A stretch of 64,000 nucleotides of DNA from Mantamonas sphyraenae STR306 (lineage: Eukaryota > Protista > CRuMs): contig JAPMXV010000042.1 in the NCBI GenBank assembly GCA_026936335.1, forward strand, positions 647,096 through 711,095, written 5' to 3'. Position 1 is the stretch's first letter, and the number at the start of each line of letters is the position of its first letter. Positions 25,435 through 36,592 of the stretch are shown piece after piece. The translations under genes were made by a program, and so were the position numbers. The notes beneath the pieces were generated by a model. That model did no database searches. It was not told the origin of the DNA and was given only the letters and a program-made list of their open reading frames with translations.

Positions 25435-26265
25435 TTATTCATCCCCTCCAGGAAACCGGAATTCGTACGCTAGCTTGGTGCCGCTTGCAATGCCAAAACG
25501 GCCTTTGGCTACCGTTTTGATGGTCAGGCCAGGCGTCAGCCATTCGGTCTTCCACTGTGTGGCTGGTGTTGGCATGATGGGTCCGACGCGAGGCACCCCG
25601 AGTAGCTCCGTGGGCGTCTTTTGCTCCACAATGCGCAGCAGTTGCTCGTGGCTCTCTTGGACACGCTTGCGCATGTGAAACGTGCGCGTCAACGCCATGG
25701 TTTGCTCCTTCTTGGACAGCTTTTGCTTGCGTTTGCGCTTCCCTTGTCCATCGCTCCCGGTGAAATGTACAGGTGCACCGCTGTGGCCGATCTTGGGTGG
25801 GGTCTGCAGCTCTGTGATGCGTCGTTTCTTGCGCACCCATTCGCGGTGAGGCGTGTGATCCACTCCAGCCTGTCCCGTCATGCTACTGCTCCTCTGCTGG
25901 CTCGCGTCCGGCGTCATAGTTTTCCCTTGAGGTTTTCGCCATTTGTGTCGTCCTTTGCTCTTCCCGTCCGTCCCGTTCCACTCATCCTCCTCCTCTTTCT
26001 TTGTGTCATCCATCACCAAAGCATCGCTGATGGCTTGTGAGCCCACCAATGAGCCATCCACGTCATCCTCGTCGCTGCTCCACCCGTCCTGTTCATCTTC
26101 AACTTCCTCGTCCCACTCTCGCGTCCGCTTCCTCGTTTCACCTCCTTCTGGCGATGCTGGCAGCGACTCTGTGCAATCTGCCTGCACCGTAGCTACAGCA
26201 CTGCTCGACATGGGCACACTGGCGCTTGTGTTGCTTGGCAGAAAGCGTTGAAGTGTTGTCTGCAT
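25435..26265 (-). CDS. Hypothetical protein (acidic/basic low-complexity, NLS-like tracts, N-terminal PIP-box-like motif)
   Basis: Open frame from first ATG (MQTTLQRFL) to 25435, filling the gap between RPL37-A and the CFAP157-like gene. No family recognised. Confidence 0.55.
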   Translation of the reverse strand: MQTTLQRFLPSNTSASVPMSSSAVATVQADCTESLPASPEGGETRKRTREWDEEVEDEQDGWSSDEDDVDGSLVGSQAISDALVMDDTKKEEEDEWNGTDGKSKGRHKWRKPQGKTMTPDASQQRSSSMTGQAGVDHTPHREWVRKKRRITELQTPPKIGHSGAPVHFTGSDGQGKRKRKQKLSKKEQTMALTRTFHMRKRVQESHEQLLRIVEQKTPTELLGVPRVGPIMPTPATQWKTEWLTPGLTIKTVAKGRFGIASGTKLAYEFRFPGGDE

Positions 26266-26315
26266 GGCCGCCGTCGCTGCCGCAGCCAACCAAAACCCCT
26301 CCCCCCTTCCTCGCC

Positions 26316-28252
26316 ATGTCGCGCCGCGAGACCAACGAGCAGATGGCTCTGCGCGTGTACGAGCGCGACATCAAGCCGCAACACGAAATGCGGCAGAACA
26401 ATTACTAGTGAGTCAGCGGCACGACCACATCTGCATCTCCAACGGTCGACACCCTTGCCAGCCCTCCACTGCTTCACCATCGACTTTCTGCATTACCACA
26501 CAGCCCTCCACACCCGAAATGGCCCCATTCCCACTGACCAACGTCCCTATTGCTTGTCCTCATCGCAGTATGGAGAAGAACCAGGAACTGCAACGGAAGA
26601 AGGACGAGCTGGTCGAGCGGATCCAAGAGTTGGAGCATACCCTGGAAGAAGAGCGCCAGGAGGTCCTCAAGAACGAACACTACAAGGTCGAAAGCGAGCA
26701 GAAGGACAACAAGATCAACGAATTGGAAGCTCTGATCGCCAAGGCTGACCGTGACAAGCGTGCGTTGCTTCGGTGCCCCCCCCCCGTTTTCAAAGCCTTC
26801 ACCGCAGCATGCCATATCGCTGACACATGCCGTCTTTCCTTGTTCTCACATCGACTCCTGGACTCTACACACACGGATACACACGCAGACGCCATGGAGA
26901 AACTCCACAAACTGCAGATGGAGCAGATGGAGGCAGAGAAGAACGCCAAGATTGAGGCCTTGAACGAGGAGCTGGCCACACTCAACACCTTTCGCGCACG
27001 CAAGGCTGAAATCGAACGGGAAGAGAAACGCATGAAACGGCAGCTGCAGGAGGAGCGAGAGGCCCACGAAGCCGAGATCACAAAGCTTGACCGCGAGTTT
27101 GCCCAGGAGAAACGACGTGTGCGCGAGTCGATGAAAGAGAAACTCAAGGAGACGCAGGACAACCTGCTCAAACTCACAGACAAGGCTCTCGACACAACTA
27201 CAAAGCGCACCATTCTCGAGAACGTCAAACTGGGCGTCGAACTGGGCTTCCAGTCCAAGGAGAGCGAGAAGCTCATGTCGCAGAACAAGCTGCTGAAAAA
27301 GAAGCTGCACGAGCACAGGCTGCAGGAAGAGCTACTCGAAGAGGAAAAGGTGCAGCTGGCCAAAAAGCACATTTCCTCGCAAAAGGTGGTCAAAATGCTG
27401 ATGGCGCGTGTCAAAGAGCTCGAAGACATGTTGGAAAAGTCGGTCAGCAAAGACAACGCTCACGCACTGGTTCAGCAGAAGAATGAGCAGGTGGCTGCTC
27501 GCGAACAGGACATCACGAATCTCCTTAATGAGCGCGAAAACATGCTCGACGACCTCGAAGGCATGCAGCAGGAGATTGGCCATCTGCAGGAGGAGCAGCA
27601 AGAAATGCTGGGCGTCCTCAACGAGGCTGCGGGCTTCATCGTCTCTTTGCTCAACCAGGCGCAGAACGGCGCTGCTGGACCCAACTCGCTCAACTCCTTG
27701 TCCATGATGCCTATGATGAGCAACCTTTCCCTGGCAAACGCCAGCAAGCTTAGCGAAGTCAGCGTCGAGGGCGCTGAGGAGATGACTCCCTTGGAGCGTG
27801 AACGCGCCCTCCGCCAGATTCTTGCCAAACTCAACTTCTTCCAAGGTGACGACGACACGAACGGCACACAGGCCGCGTTGGAGGAACAGGTGCGCCTGCA
27901 CCAAAGCGCTGCCGTCCACGAAAGCGACACGCCCTACAGCGAAGCCTCCGTTGACAGCGAAAGCATGCACGGTGAACACAGCGAGGATATGTACAAATCA
28001 CAACACAGGCGGCGGGTGGAAACCACAGACACTGGTGTCCAAACTGACAGTGTTGCCAAGCTGCTCCTGGGCAAACCATCCTCTCTCGCCGCAACCATCG
28101 GCTCTGCCCAGAGCCTCACTACGTCCACTTCATCCGCAGACGCCAGTGCCGCTGCCCTCAACGCCATGCCCTCACGCAGCTGGGGCAAGAAGGCAAGCTC
28201 CATGAAACTCAGCAAGCACTCGCCCCAAGTATTCTTGACAAAGCGACGGTGA
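26316..28252 (+). CDS. CFAP157-like ciliary coiled-coil protein; 3 exons
   Basis: Phase-consistent introns (GTGAGT 26408, GTGCGT 26760). Long heptad region with LNTFRARKAEIE...H..EI..LDRE...EKRR...LDTTTKRTILEN, typical of CFAP157-type proteins. Confidence 0.7.
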
Positions 28253-28320
28253 CGCTGCATGAATTCCATTCAACTGCATTTTCCTCCATGATGATGTCAT
28301 GCTGAATCCACACCTCCTCC

Positions 28321-29607
28321 TCACGCACTCACATGCTCAAGCAACCAGTCGATGACGTTCTCACCGTTGGCCACTTCTTCCTCCAACAGCAGATTGAACA
28401 CGCTGCCCACAGTCGCGCCGGAATCCGCTGCCACGGTGGCCAACTTCTCCAAGTTTTCGGTTTCGTAGTGCCTAAACGTGCAGAACGACATGTGCTTGCC
28501 GGCAAGCGAGCACGCAAGCCAAATCAGCACTGCCTTGAGGTCCGGCTGGCCACCAAACATTCCCGAGCCCCACCGGCCTGCAGACACGCTTTTGTGCGTA
28601 TCTGTGCCCACAAAGCCAGCCAGCAGCTTCAGCACCTCGCGCTTCATGTTCTTGGGCTTGAATTGGAACGAGGCCGGAGAGCCTGCAAAGAATATGGCGT
28701 CCACGGCAACAATCACTCGCTTCAAACATCCATCCTCATCCTTTTCCGTCACCTCTTCTTCGTGCACGCCTGTGCACTTGAAGCTGTGTCCGTACCCTGT
28801 GCCATCGGTGAACTTGCGAGCGCCAGAAATCACAATCGCCTCGTTGTCCTCCATCTTTTCGCACAGCAGCATGCCCACCAGCGCTTCGGGATGCTGAGTG
28901 AACTGTAGCTCCTCCTGCACGTTGCCAAACGTCAGCACGCCGCCGCCCAGGTAGGCGTTGGCAAAGTCCATCATCAGGTGGTCCGTGGCAAAGTCGTCGA
29001 TCACCTTGTCGTCGTGCAGGCTCACAGTAGTCAAGGGCACATCGCTGGAGGCCAAGTCCTCGTCTGCGTCGTACACCTTGCGTTCGAAGCGCAGATAGCG
29101 CTCCTCCTCTTCCTGAACGACCGCAGCAAAGTACAGCAGCAGGGCTGCCACCTTGTGCTGCTGGCTGCCGAGATCCCCTCCCGAGAACAGGTGGTGAGCC
29201 GACCACTCGGGCCATCCAAAGTCGTGGTGCGATGCGATACCCAGGAACATGGCCGCCAGCAGGCTGGCGACTTGTCGCGCAGAAAGCAACACGGAATTCC
29301 CTTGTCCGGCTGGCATCTGCTGGATGGGTTCAGCAAATAGCTCGGGCATGTGACGAACCAATTCGTAGATGGCCTGAACGCTGGCATCAAAGTCCACAAC
29401 ATCCAGTTCAAGCGCTGCCCGCAGGGCCGACGTCGAGTTGTGATCGCCAAAGAAACCCTGGTTGAACGCGCCCATGCGCATCAGAAGACGCTCAGTGTCC
29501 TTGGGAACCTTTTCCTCAGCCACTTGCTTGGCAATCTTTGCCCAGCGTGACTCGTCCAGGCAGGGCGGGCTCCATGTGCGCTGTTCTTTGCTGTTCGTCT
29601 GCGACAT
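28321..29607 (-). CDS. PARG: Poly(ADP-ribose) glycohydrolase; single exon
   Basis: Catalytic DFANAYLGGGVLTFGNVQEELQF..PE, plus IVAVDA, REVLK and GRWGSGMFGG. Start MSQTNSK at 29607. Confidence 0.92.
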   Translation of the reverse strand: MSQTNSKEQRTWSPPCLDESRWAKIAKQVAEEKVPKDTERLLMRMGAFNQGFFGDHNSTSALRAALELDVVDFDASVQAIYELVRHMPELFAEPIQQMPAGQGNSVLLSARQVASLLAAMFLGIASHHDFGWPEWSAHHLFSGGDLGSQQHKVAALLLYFAAVVQEEEERYLRFERKVYDADEDLASSDVPLTTVSLHDDKVIDDFATDHLMMDFANAYLGGGVLTFGNVQEELQFTQHPEALVGMLLCEKMEDNEAIVISGARKFTDGTGYGHSFKCTGVHEEEVTEKDEDGCLKRVIVAVDAIFFAGSPASFQFKPKNMKREVLKLLAGFVGTDTHKSVSAGRWGSGMFGGQPDLKAVLIWLACSLAGKHMSFCTFRHYETENLEKLATVAADSGATVGSVFNLLLEEEVANGENVIDWLLEHVSA

Positions 29608-29860
29608 CGATTTGGACTGCTCACCCGCGCGCAAGAGCACAAGAGCACACGTCTTGAACTCAAGACGTGAACGATGAGACGGAGAACGGGTCTCGCCTGC
29701 TTGCGTTGAGCCACAGGCACGTACAGTGTGGTGCCCTGCACGTGCCAGCACAAACACACCCGACCCAACAGCTCCAAGTCCGCTGCCTCCCCTGGCATCA
29801 CCAATTCCATCCGGCAGTCCCATCTTCACATCACCACACGTTGATTCTTTCTTGAAGGAC

Positions 29861-31828
29861 ATGTCTACCTTGGGTCTGAAACGCAACCCAAACAGACTGG
29901 TGTTCCGCTGGAACATTGTCAAGCGCAACTCTCTGGGACGACGCCAGCGACGACTGCTGGAAGTCAACACGCTGTTTGGGCGTCTGCAAACCTTCCAGGG
30001 CATTGACGCCCCGCTGCTGCGCGACTTTCCGCTGGAGAGCATCCTGGAGGTGTCCAAATCGCAAACCGACGAAAAGCTGCTTAACGTCACCTTTGACAAC
30101 CTCAGCCACCAGTACGCGCTTGAGTTTGAAAGCAGCCTGGACCGCGAGTTTGCGTACATTATCATCACATACTCGAAAAGCAGGGCCATTGCCAAGGTAG
30201 GAGCTGCGTAGGCGGCAGTGAAGTGCCACCAGCGCGCAGCACCAGATATGTGTGTTTGGACCACGCTCACACAAGCCTGCTGCACACCCGCCCTGACCCG
30301 GCGTCCCTTTACAGATGTGCCAACACATGACCAACGACGAAATCAAGGCTGTGATCAAACGGTTCGCCGACTCGGGCCTCCATGCCTACGTTGCGGACAA
30401 AGACGACGTTCGCGTAAGTTGGCCGAGAGGGCCCACAAAGCAGAACCAGACGACCGGCACATCCTTGAGCCAGGCTGCTCTGCCACCCACGTCACGCGAG
30501 CACATACTCACATTCCCGCCCTGCTTCCCCTCTGCACACAGCAAGGCGTGGAGCAAGGAGGCGGCGCCATGATGAAGCTCAAGACGTCGCTGAAAGGCGG
30601 CTCGGATTCGGCTCGCAGGATGTCCCAAGCTCGCGACGACCGCGTCGCAATCAAGACAGGCTGGCTCACAAAACTTGGAGGACGCACCTCGGGTCGCCAG
30701 AACTGGAAGTACGTGTCCACTGCCCGCTGCGTGTCTAGCCCTCGTGTTCCCGTGCTGCGCGGGCTCCCCGTTTGTTTGGCGTTTTGCTCATCGCAAAAAG
30801 CGAGTTGCACGATCCCTTTTGCACGCCTGCCCGTGCTCCCCCACGCCGTGTTTGACTCTTTCACCATACTCACACACGCACATTGCCATCTTCTACACAG
30901 GCGTCGCTACTTTGTGCTCCAGGGCACCCAACTGTTTTATTACAAATCCGAAAAGGTGGGCTTGCCAACTTTGTGCTTGTGACGAACATCCGAAAACGCC
31001 CCTGCTTTCGTTTGCTCACACCTGTCACCATCTGGTCACTCACTGTCCACGCCGCCCCATCCCACCCACCATCACTCTGCGCACTCACGTATGCACTCGG
31101 TACAGAATGCATCCAACAACAAGTACCAGGGCGTTGTGACGGTGCAGAACGCAACCGTGGGTACCGCCACAGACAAGCCAAACTGCTTCCAGGTGACCCA
31201 GGCCAACGGCATTGTGTTCAAGGCTTACGCAGACTACCAGCCGCTGTGCTTGGACTGGATGGCTGTGCTGGACAAGGTCGCACGAGGCGAACCCATCGTT
31301 GCAAACGAACCGCTGGAGAACAGCAGCAAGTCCTCCCTTGCAAGCAGACTGCGCGGGAAGAGCAGCCAAGGCTCGGCCAAAAAGTTGGAGAGCAAGCTTT
31401 CACGGGACGCCTCGGATGTGAGCACCGACGACGAAGACACCGCACAGCTCGCCAAACGGGCAGCCTCCAAGAAGCTCAAATCGGACCTGAACGAACGACT
31501 GGAAGCAGTCACGCTTTCACAGGACGAACTGGCGTCTATCGAAGAGTCTGTGGGCCAAACCGTGTTTGAGGACGAAGACGACGACCTCTCCGATCTAAGC
31601 GACGACGAGCGCTCGTATCTCGAGGAACAGCGCACTCTTCGTGTCGCCGAACGCCTGGAGGAACTCAAAAAGGAGGCTTTGGAAAAGAAGCGATCGGCTG
31701 TGGAAAAGGAGTTTCGGGAACAGCACGCAGACGACGCTGGATACAGTAGTGACGAACTCGACTCGGCCGAGAGCAGCACAGGAGGCAGCAGCAGGCGCAT
31801 GGGAACAGGAGCTGGCAGCAGCAGCAAC

Positions 31829-31860
<32 letters not shown>

Positions 31861-33337
31861 TAGCAGCCTGACAAACAGCGACAGCGAAGGCGGATTGACA
31901 GGGGAACGGGACGAAGACTACGACGGCGATCGGGAGGAGGAAGACGACCAGTTCCGCTCAGACTCGGTTGTGTACAGGCAAAAGCTCAAGTGCATTTTGG
32001 ACGTGGACTCGTTCGAGTCGGCTGAGGAGCTGGAGGTGTTTGTGGGCACATTTAATCTGGGCAACGCGCCCCCACCCGAAGACGGACTGGAGGAGTGGAT
32101 GCCTCGCAACGCATACCAGCTGTACGCCATTGGTTCGCAAGAGTGCAACTACAAACCGCGGGAAGGATTCAGCTCATGCGAACAGGACTGGTTCAGCACG
32201 CTGCAGAATCACCTCGGGTTCAATTATGTGCAGGTGGCCACCATCAGCCTGTGGGAAATCCGCCTGGGTGTATTTATCCACCGATCTCTTGTGGATCGTG
32301 TGTCACAGGTCGAGACCCACAAGGTGGCCACAGGCATTGGGGACGTGTTGGGCAACAAGGGCGGAGTCGGCGTCGGTTTCCGGTACTTTGACACCGGAAT
32401 GTGCTTCATCAACAGCCATCTTGCAGCGCGCACCGAACGCATCGAGGACCGCAACCAGAACTACCGTGACATTGTGAGTAGCATGCGCATCGGGTGCGTG
32501 GCCGGCTTTGACATCCACCACCAGTTTGACTACGTGTTCTGGTTTGGCGACCTCAACTATCGCGTGCACAACATTGAGCGCGAAGAGGTGCTGCGGCTTA
32601 TTGACGAAGGCGAGTACGACCAGTTGCTGGAGAAGAATGAGCAGATGGCGGAAGAGATGGAGGCTGGCCGCTGCTTCCCCGGGTACCACGAGGGAGGAAT
32701 CTCTTTCCGCCCCACCTATCGCTACGAGCGCGACAGCAATGCGTGGAGCAAGAAGAAGCTGCACAACCTCCCCTCGTGGTGCGACCGCATCTTGTGGCGC
32801 CACTTTTCAGACTGTACGTGCAAGAGCCTGTCGTACAATTACACACCCACAGTGCGCACGAGCGACCACAGGCCCGTCTCTGCCACGTTCAGCATCACTG
32901 CACAGAGGCCGTATTTGCCGCTGGTGGCCATGCCGCCCAAGCACAAGTATCTCCTTGTGTTTGCAAACATGAAGTGCGAACTAGTCAAGTCTGCACAGGC
33001 ATTTGTGCGTTTCTTTGGCCACTTTTTCTCCTCCGAGGTCATGGTATGCACCCCGTTCCTGGAGGAGTCGAGCGAGAAGCCCAGCTGGGAAGAACCCGTG
33101 GAGATTGAGCCGTTCTTCCATACGCCCACCTATCTGGAACGACAGCGTGTCCTGCTTTGCGTCAACGAGAGCGACCGGGATTTGGGCATAGGCTTCATCA
33201 CTGTTGGCCAGAGTGTGCTCTCGCTGCATGGCCTGTGCGACGAGGAAGTGCACACCTTCTCTGCGCCGCTGGAATCCAACGGAGCCACAAGTGGCACCAT
33301 TTCCGGCAGCGTCCAACTTTGCCGCATTGATGAATGA
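29861..33337 (+). CDS. PH-domain inositol polyphosphate 5-phosphatase (SHIP-like) with C-terminal C2-like region; 5 exons
   Basis: PH: KTGWLTKLGG...NWK|RRYFVL...LFYYK...W. Phosphatase: GTFNLG, GSQEC, GNKGGV, FINSHLAA, FWFGDLNYR, PTYRY, LPSWCDRILW, TSDHRPV. Four phase-consistent introns. Confidence 0.9.
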
Positions 33338-33539
33338 AGCAAAAACCTGAAACTGTGTTCATTTTCCCAATTGCAATTCCTGTCGCTTAAGCGCGCTTGA
33401 CGCTCGGGGCCTGAGTGCCCTCACGGAAGTTGTTCTTGGCGCGGCGGGCCATGTGCTTCAGGTAGCGCATGCGGCCAGTGCCGGTCGTGCGTCGTCGCTT
33501 GGCCTTGATGCCCCAGTTGACTGTGGTTGCGTTCATGTG

Positions 33540-33570
<31 letters not shown>

Positions 33571-34539
33571 TGTCAGCGATGATGTGCTGGGCGAAAACCT
33601 GAACCCAATCCCACCTCTGCACTCTCCCCCTCCATCCCTTTCCGCCCCACAACCACCCTTCCTCTCCCTCCTCTACACGCACGCCTCTCCCCTTCCTCTC
33701 TTTCCATGTCCCCACACCCTTCTCGCGCCGCCGGCCAATCTTCTGCACCGGCCAAAACGGGGGGCCTCCCAAAATGCGACCCACTTCCGCCTCTTTCTCC
33801 GCCCCTCTCCACACCCACGCCCGCTCTCCCGTCCCCTTGCCCCCATCCCACTGCCCACTCTTCCTCCACACCTTCCCATTCCCCCCCGCGTCTCTCCATT
33901 TGCCCCCTTGCCCCTTTCCCGCCTCCATTCAAACTTACACTTGCGCATACGGCGGTCGGGGTAGCCGCAAGACGCACAGGTCTTCTTCTGGATGTGGAAC
34001 GACACACGTGCGCAGCGGATGCACGACGTGTGTGTCTTGTTGTGGCGACGTCCCTGGCTAAAGGTACCCTTGGTCTGTGTGTCGTCCCCAGTACTGCGTT
34101 AGCCCTTCGTCCTCTCCCGCCCGCCACGAAAAAAATGCATGCGCCGCCACATCTTTGTCCCTCCACATCCACACACACCACACACGTCCTCCTCTTTGCC
34201 CCTGTGTCCTTCTCCCGTGACCATATCCCCTCGTGGTTCACACATGGCAACTCCTCCTTGCCTCCTGCCTCCTCCATCGGCGGCTGGAGATCCTGCCGGC
34301 AACCCGCCTTCAGTGGTGCGGGACAACCTTCACTTCTGGATGCTCCATGGACTCTACCGCCACGTGCCTCACACCCCATCTTCGACTCGACACCATATCA
34401 CTCTTGCAGCACCAGCAGGTGCACACTCACCATCTGTGTTGAGTTTTTGGCTGGCTAGGCGGGCGGCTGCGCTGTTGTGGGCACGACAACATACCACACA
34501 GCGGCAGCATACTGACGACATGGTGCGAGTGGTGATTGG
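33320..34539. repeat. Inverted repeat, right copy; includes the last codons and stop of INPP5, RPL37-B and the first codons of UFSP2
   Basis: Reverse complement of 24153-25371. Confidence 0.97.
33387..34433 (-). CDS. RPL37: 60S ribosomal protein L37 (eL37), copy B; 3 exons
   Basis: Exon sequences appear identical to copy A, with the same two introns. Confidence 0.97.
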
Positions 34540-36592
34540 ACACACGCGTCAAAGTGACTTGGAGCAGCTGCTATCCCAAGAGCAGCACGAGGCAGTGCTG
34601 CTGAGTGGGTTCCTCTCCACCAGCGACTCTGGCGATGCGGAATTGGTAGTCGTGGGTGCTCTGGCAGTCGACCGCGACTCTGAGTGGCGTCTGCAGGTGG
34701 GTAACGATGGTTCCATGGTGCCGTGGCTGCCTGCTGGATTGCGCGTGGTGGCTGTTGGTGTCCGCCGTTCAGATGCAGGCCTGGAGGACGTGTGGCAGGC
34801 TACAGCCGGTACATGGAATCCTGAGAATGAGACCGTGATGCATATGGTGGGTGTTCAGTCGGGTGGATCTTCCTTGGCTGTTCTTGCGAATGCAGAAGCA
34901 CAGTGGGACCGCGTGGAAGACGACGAGATTGCAGCAAGGCTGGCAGAGGCATACATGCAGGTGCGTGTCAGCACAACGGTGGCGCTTTGGCGCAATGACA
35001 ACGCGTCGCAGAGCAAGCACTGGATGGAAGAGCAAGCTGAGGAGTGGACTTTGCGCGTGCAGGCGGAAACCTCGGTTCTGGCGTTGCCAGCTGCCTCGGA
35101 CACCACCGTGAACGGTGTGGCCGCCATTGTGGGTGACCAGTCGCAGAGCAAGAGCAGTTTGACGTGGGCTGATGTGTTTGCTGCCCACAACGAAGCCGTG
35201 TCGTCGGCTCACAGTGTTCAGGGCTGGGAGCAACCGCGAAGCGGCAAAGGAAAAGGCAAGGGCAAGGGCAAGGGCAAGTCGGACGGAGGCTCAGGTGGCA
35301 ACGGAGGTGGACAAGCAGTGTTGGGATTGAGTGCAGGGCATGAGGCAGCGCCAGGGCAGCAGGCAGAGCCGGTTTCGTTGCTTTTGCTGGAGGCGCATGA
35401 GTCGCTGGACGCAAGCGGCGTGCTTGAGGTGGACAGCAGCCACAGAAAGGACAGCGGAACCACATTGACATCGTTCACCTTGGATGTGTGCGCTTACATG
35501 CCCTGGTCGGGAGACGTATGCATCGGCAGCAAGGCGCTGCGGGACGCGCTTGCTGCACAGTTGCAGTACATGCTGTCTCTGCATGTGGACGACGCCGAGC
35601 ACACAGAGTGGAGTGCCTTGCACTTTCAGGCTCAGCTTCAGAGCCATTGGATCACAGTGGTGTATCCTGTTCCCGAGAAAGCACTCGCTGCTGCAGCCAG
35701 CGGCGACTATGAAGCCCTCAGCGCACACGAAAGCAATCTGAAGCCCAAACGTGCGATCATCCATCGTCGGTTGGGGCTTTCAATGGACCGCCCCTGTGTT
35801 CAGATCACCCAGTCGCTGCAGTTTGGGCAGCGGGTGGCTATGGCGGCCAAGGCGGCTCAGGCTTCGTCGTCGTCCTCTTCGAGCTCATCGTCATCGGGAT
35901 CTGAGAGCAGCACGCGAGCTGCGCTGGCCAAGCTCACACCGTTGGTGAATGTGCACGAGGGATTGGGTGCATCGGGCCAGGTCGACGGCGGCAAGCTTTA
36001 CCTTGTGCAAGGCGACTACGAATACTACCACTACGGCATGGGCTTCAACGACGATGGATGGGGCTGTGCGTACCGCTCGTTGCAAACCATCTGGTCTTGG
36101 TTGCGTCTGCAGCGTTACACAGCCATGCCTGTGCCTACGCACGACGAGATCCAACGCGTGTTGGACGACATGGGGGTGCAGCCTGACCCCAAGAAACCGC
36201 AGAAGAAGTATCTGGGCTCGAAGATCTGGATCGGTAGCTGGGAGATCATGTCCTTCCTGTCGGAGAAGCTGGGACTTGAGTGCGAAATCGTCAGCGTCAA
36301 CTCTGGCGAGCAGATCGCAGACAAGGCGCGCAAGCTGGCACAGCACTTTGAGACAAACGGAACCCCGATCATGATTGGAGGCGGTGTACGAGCGTACACG
36401 TTGCTGGGCATCGACTGGAACGAAAACACGGGCGACGTGCGCTTCCTGATTCTCGATCCGCACTATACGGGCGCGGACAACGTAGCCAACATCCACAAGA
36501 AGGGCTGGTGCAACTGGAAGGACGTGGATCTGTTTGAAAAGGGTGCATTCTACAACCTCAATTTGCCTCGTCGTCCCGAGGGCGAGATTTGA
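34520..36592 (+). CDS. UFSP2: UFM1-specific protease 2 (peptidase C78); single exon
   Basis: YYHY...DDGWGCAYRSLQT, WIGSWE, GTPIMIGGG, FLILDPHYTG, KGWC.WK, FYNLNLP. The long N-terminal extension fits UFSP2 rather than UFSP1. Confidence 0.92.
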   Translation: MVRVVIGHTRQSDLEQLLSQEQHEAVLLSGFLSTSDSGDAELVVVGALAVDRDSEWRLQVGNDGSMVPWLPAGLRVVAVGVRRSDAGLEDVWQATAGTWNPENETVMHMVGVQSGGSSLAVLANAEAQWDRVEDDEIAARLAEAYMQVRVSTTVALWRNDNASQSKHWMEEQAEEWTLRVQAETSVLALPAASDTTVNGVAAIVGDQSQSKSSLTWADVFAAHNEAVSSAHSVQGWEQPRSGKGKGKGKGKGKSDGGSGGNGGGQAVLGLSAGHEAAPGQQAEPVSLLLLEAHESLDASGVLEVDSSHRKDSGTTLTSFTLDVCAYMPWSGDVCIGSKALRDALAAQLQYMLSLHVDDAEHTEWSALHFQAQLQSHWITVVYPVPEKALAAAASGDYEALSAHESNLKPKRAIIHRRLGLSMDRPCVQITQSLQFGQRVAMAAKAAQASSSSSSSSSSSGSESSTRAALAKLTPLVNVHEGLGASGQVDGGKLYLVQGDYEYYHYGMGFNDDGWGCAYRSLQTIWSWLRLQRYTAMPVPTHDEIQRVLDDMGVQPDPKKPQKKYLGSKIWIGSWEIMSFLSEKLGLECEIVSVNSGEQIADKARKLAQHFETNGTPIMIGGGVRAYTLLGIDWNENTGDVRFLILDPHYTGADNVANIHKKGWCNWKDVDLFEKGAFYNLNLPRRPEGEI

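Noticed and set aside
28288-28305. ATGATGA...CTGA resembling snoRNA C/D boxes
   Set aside because: The boxes are only a few nt apart, within a 68-bp convergent spacer.
24153-34539. Composite transposon with long terminal inverted repeats
   Set aside because: The repeats are host RPL37 loci. There is no transposase or target-site duplication, and the right repeat is continuous with both neighbouring genes.
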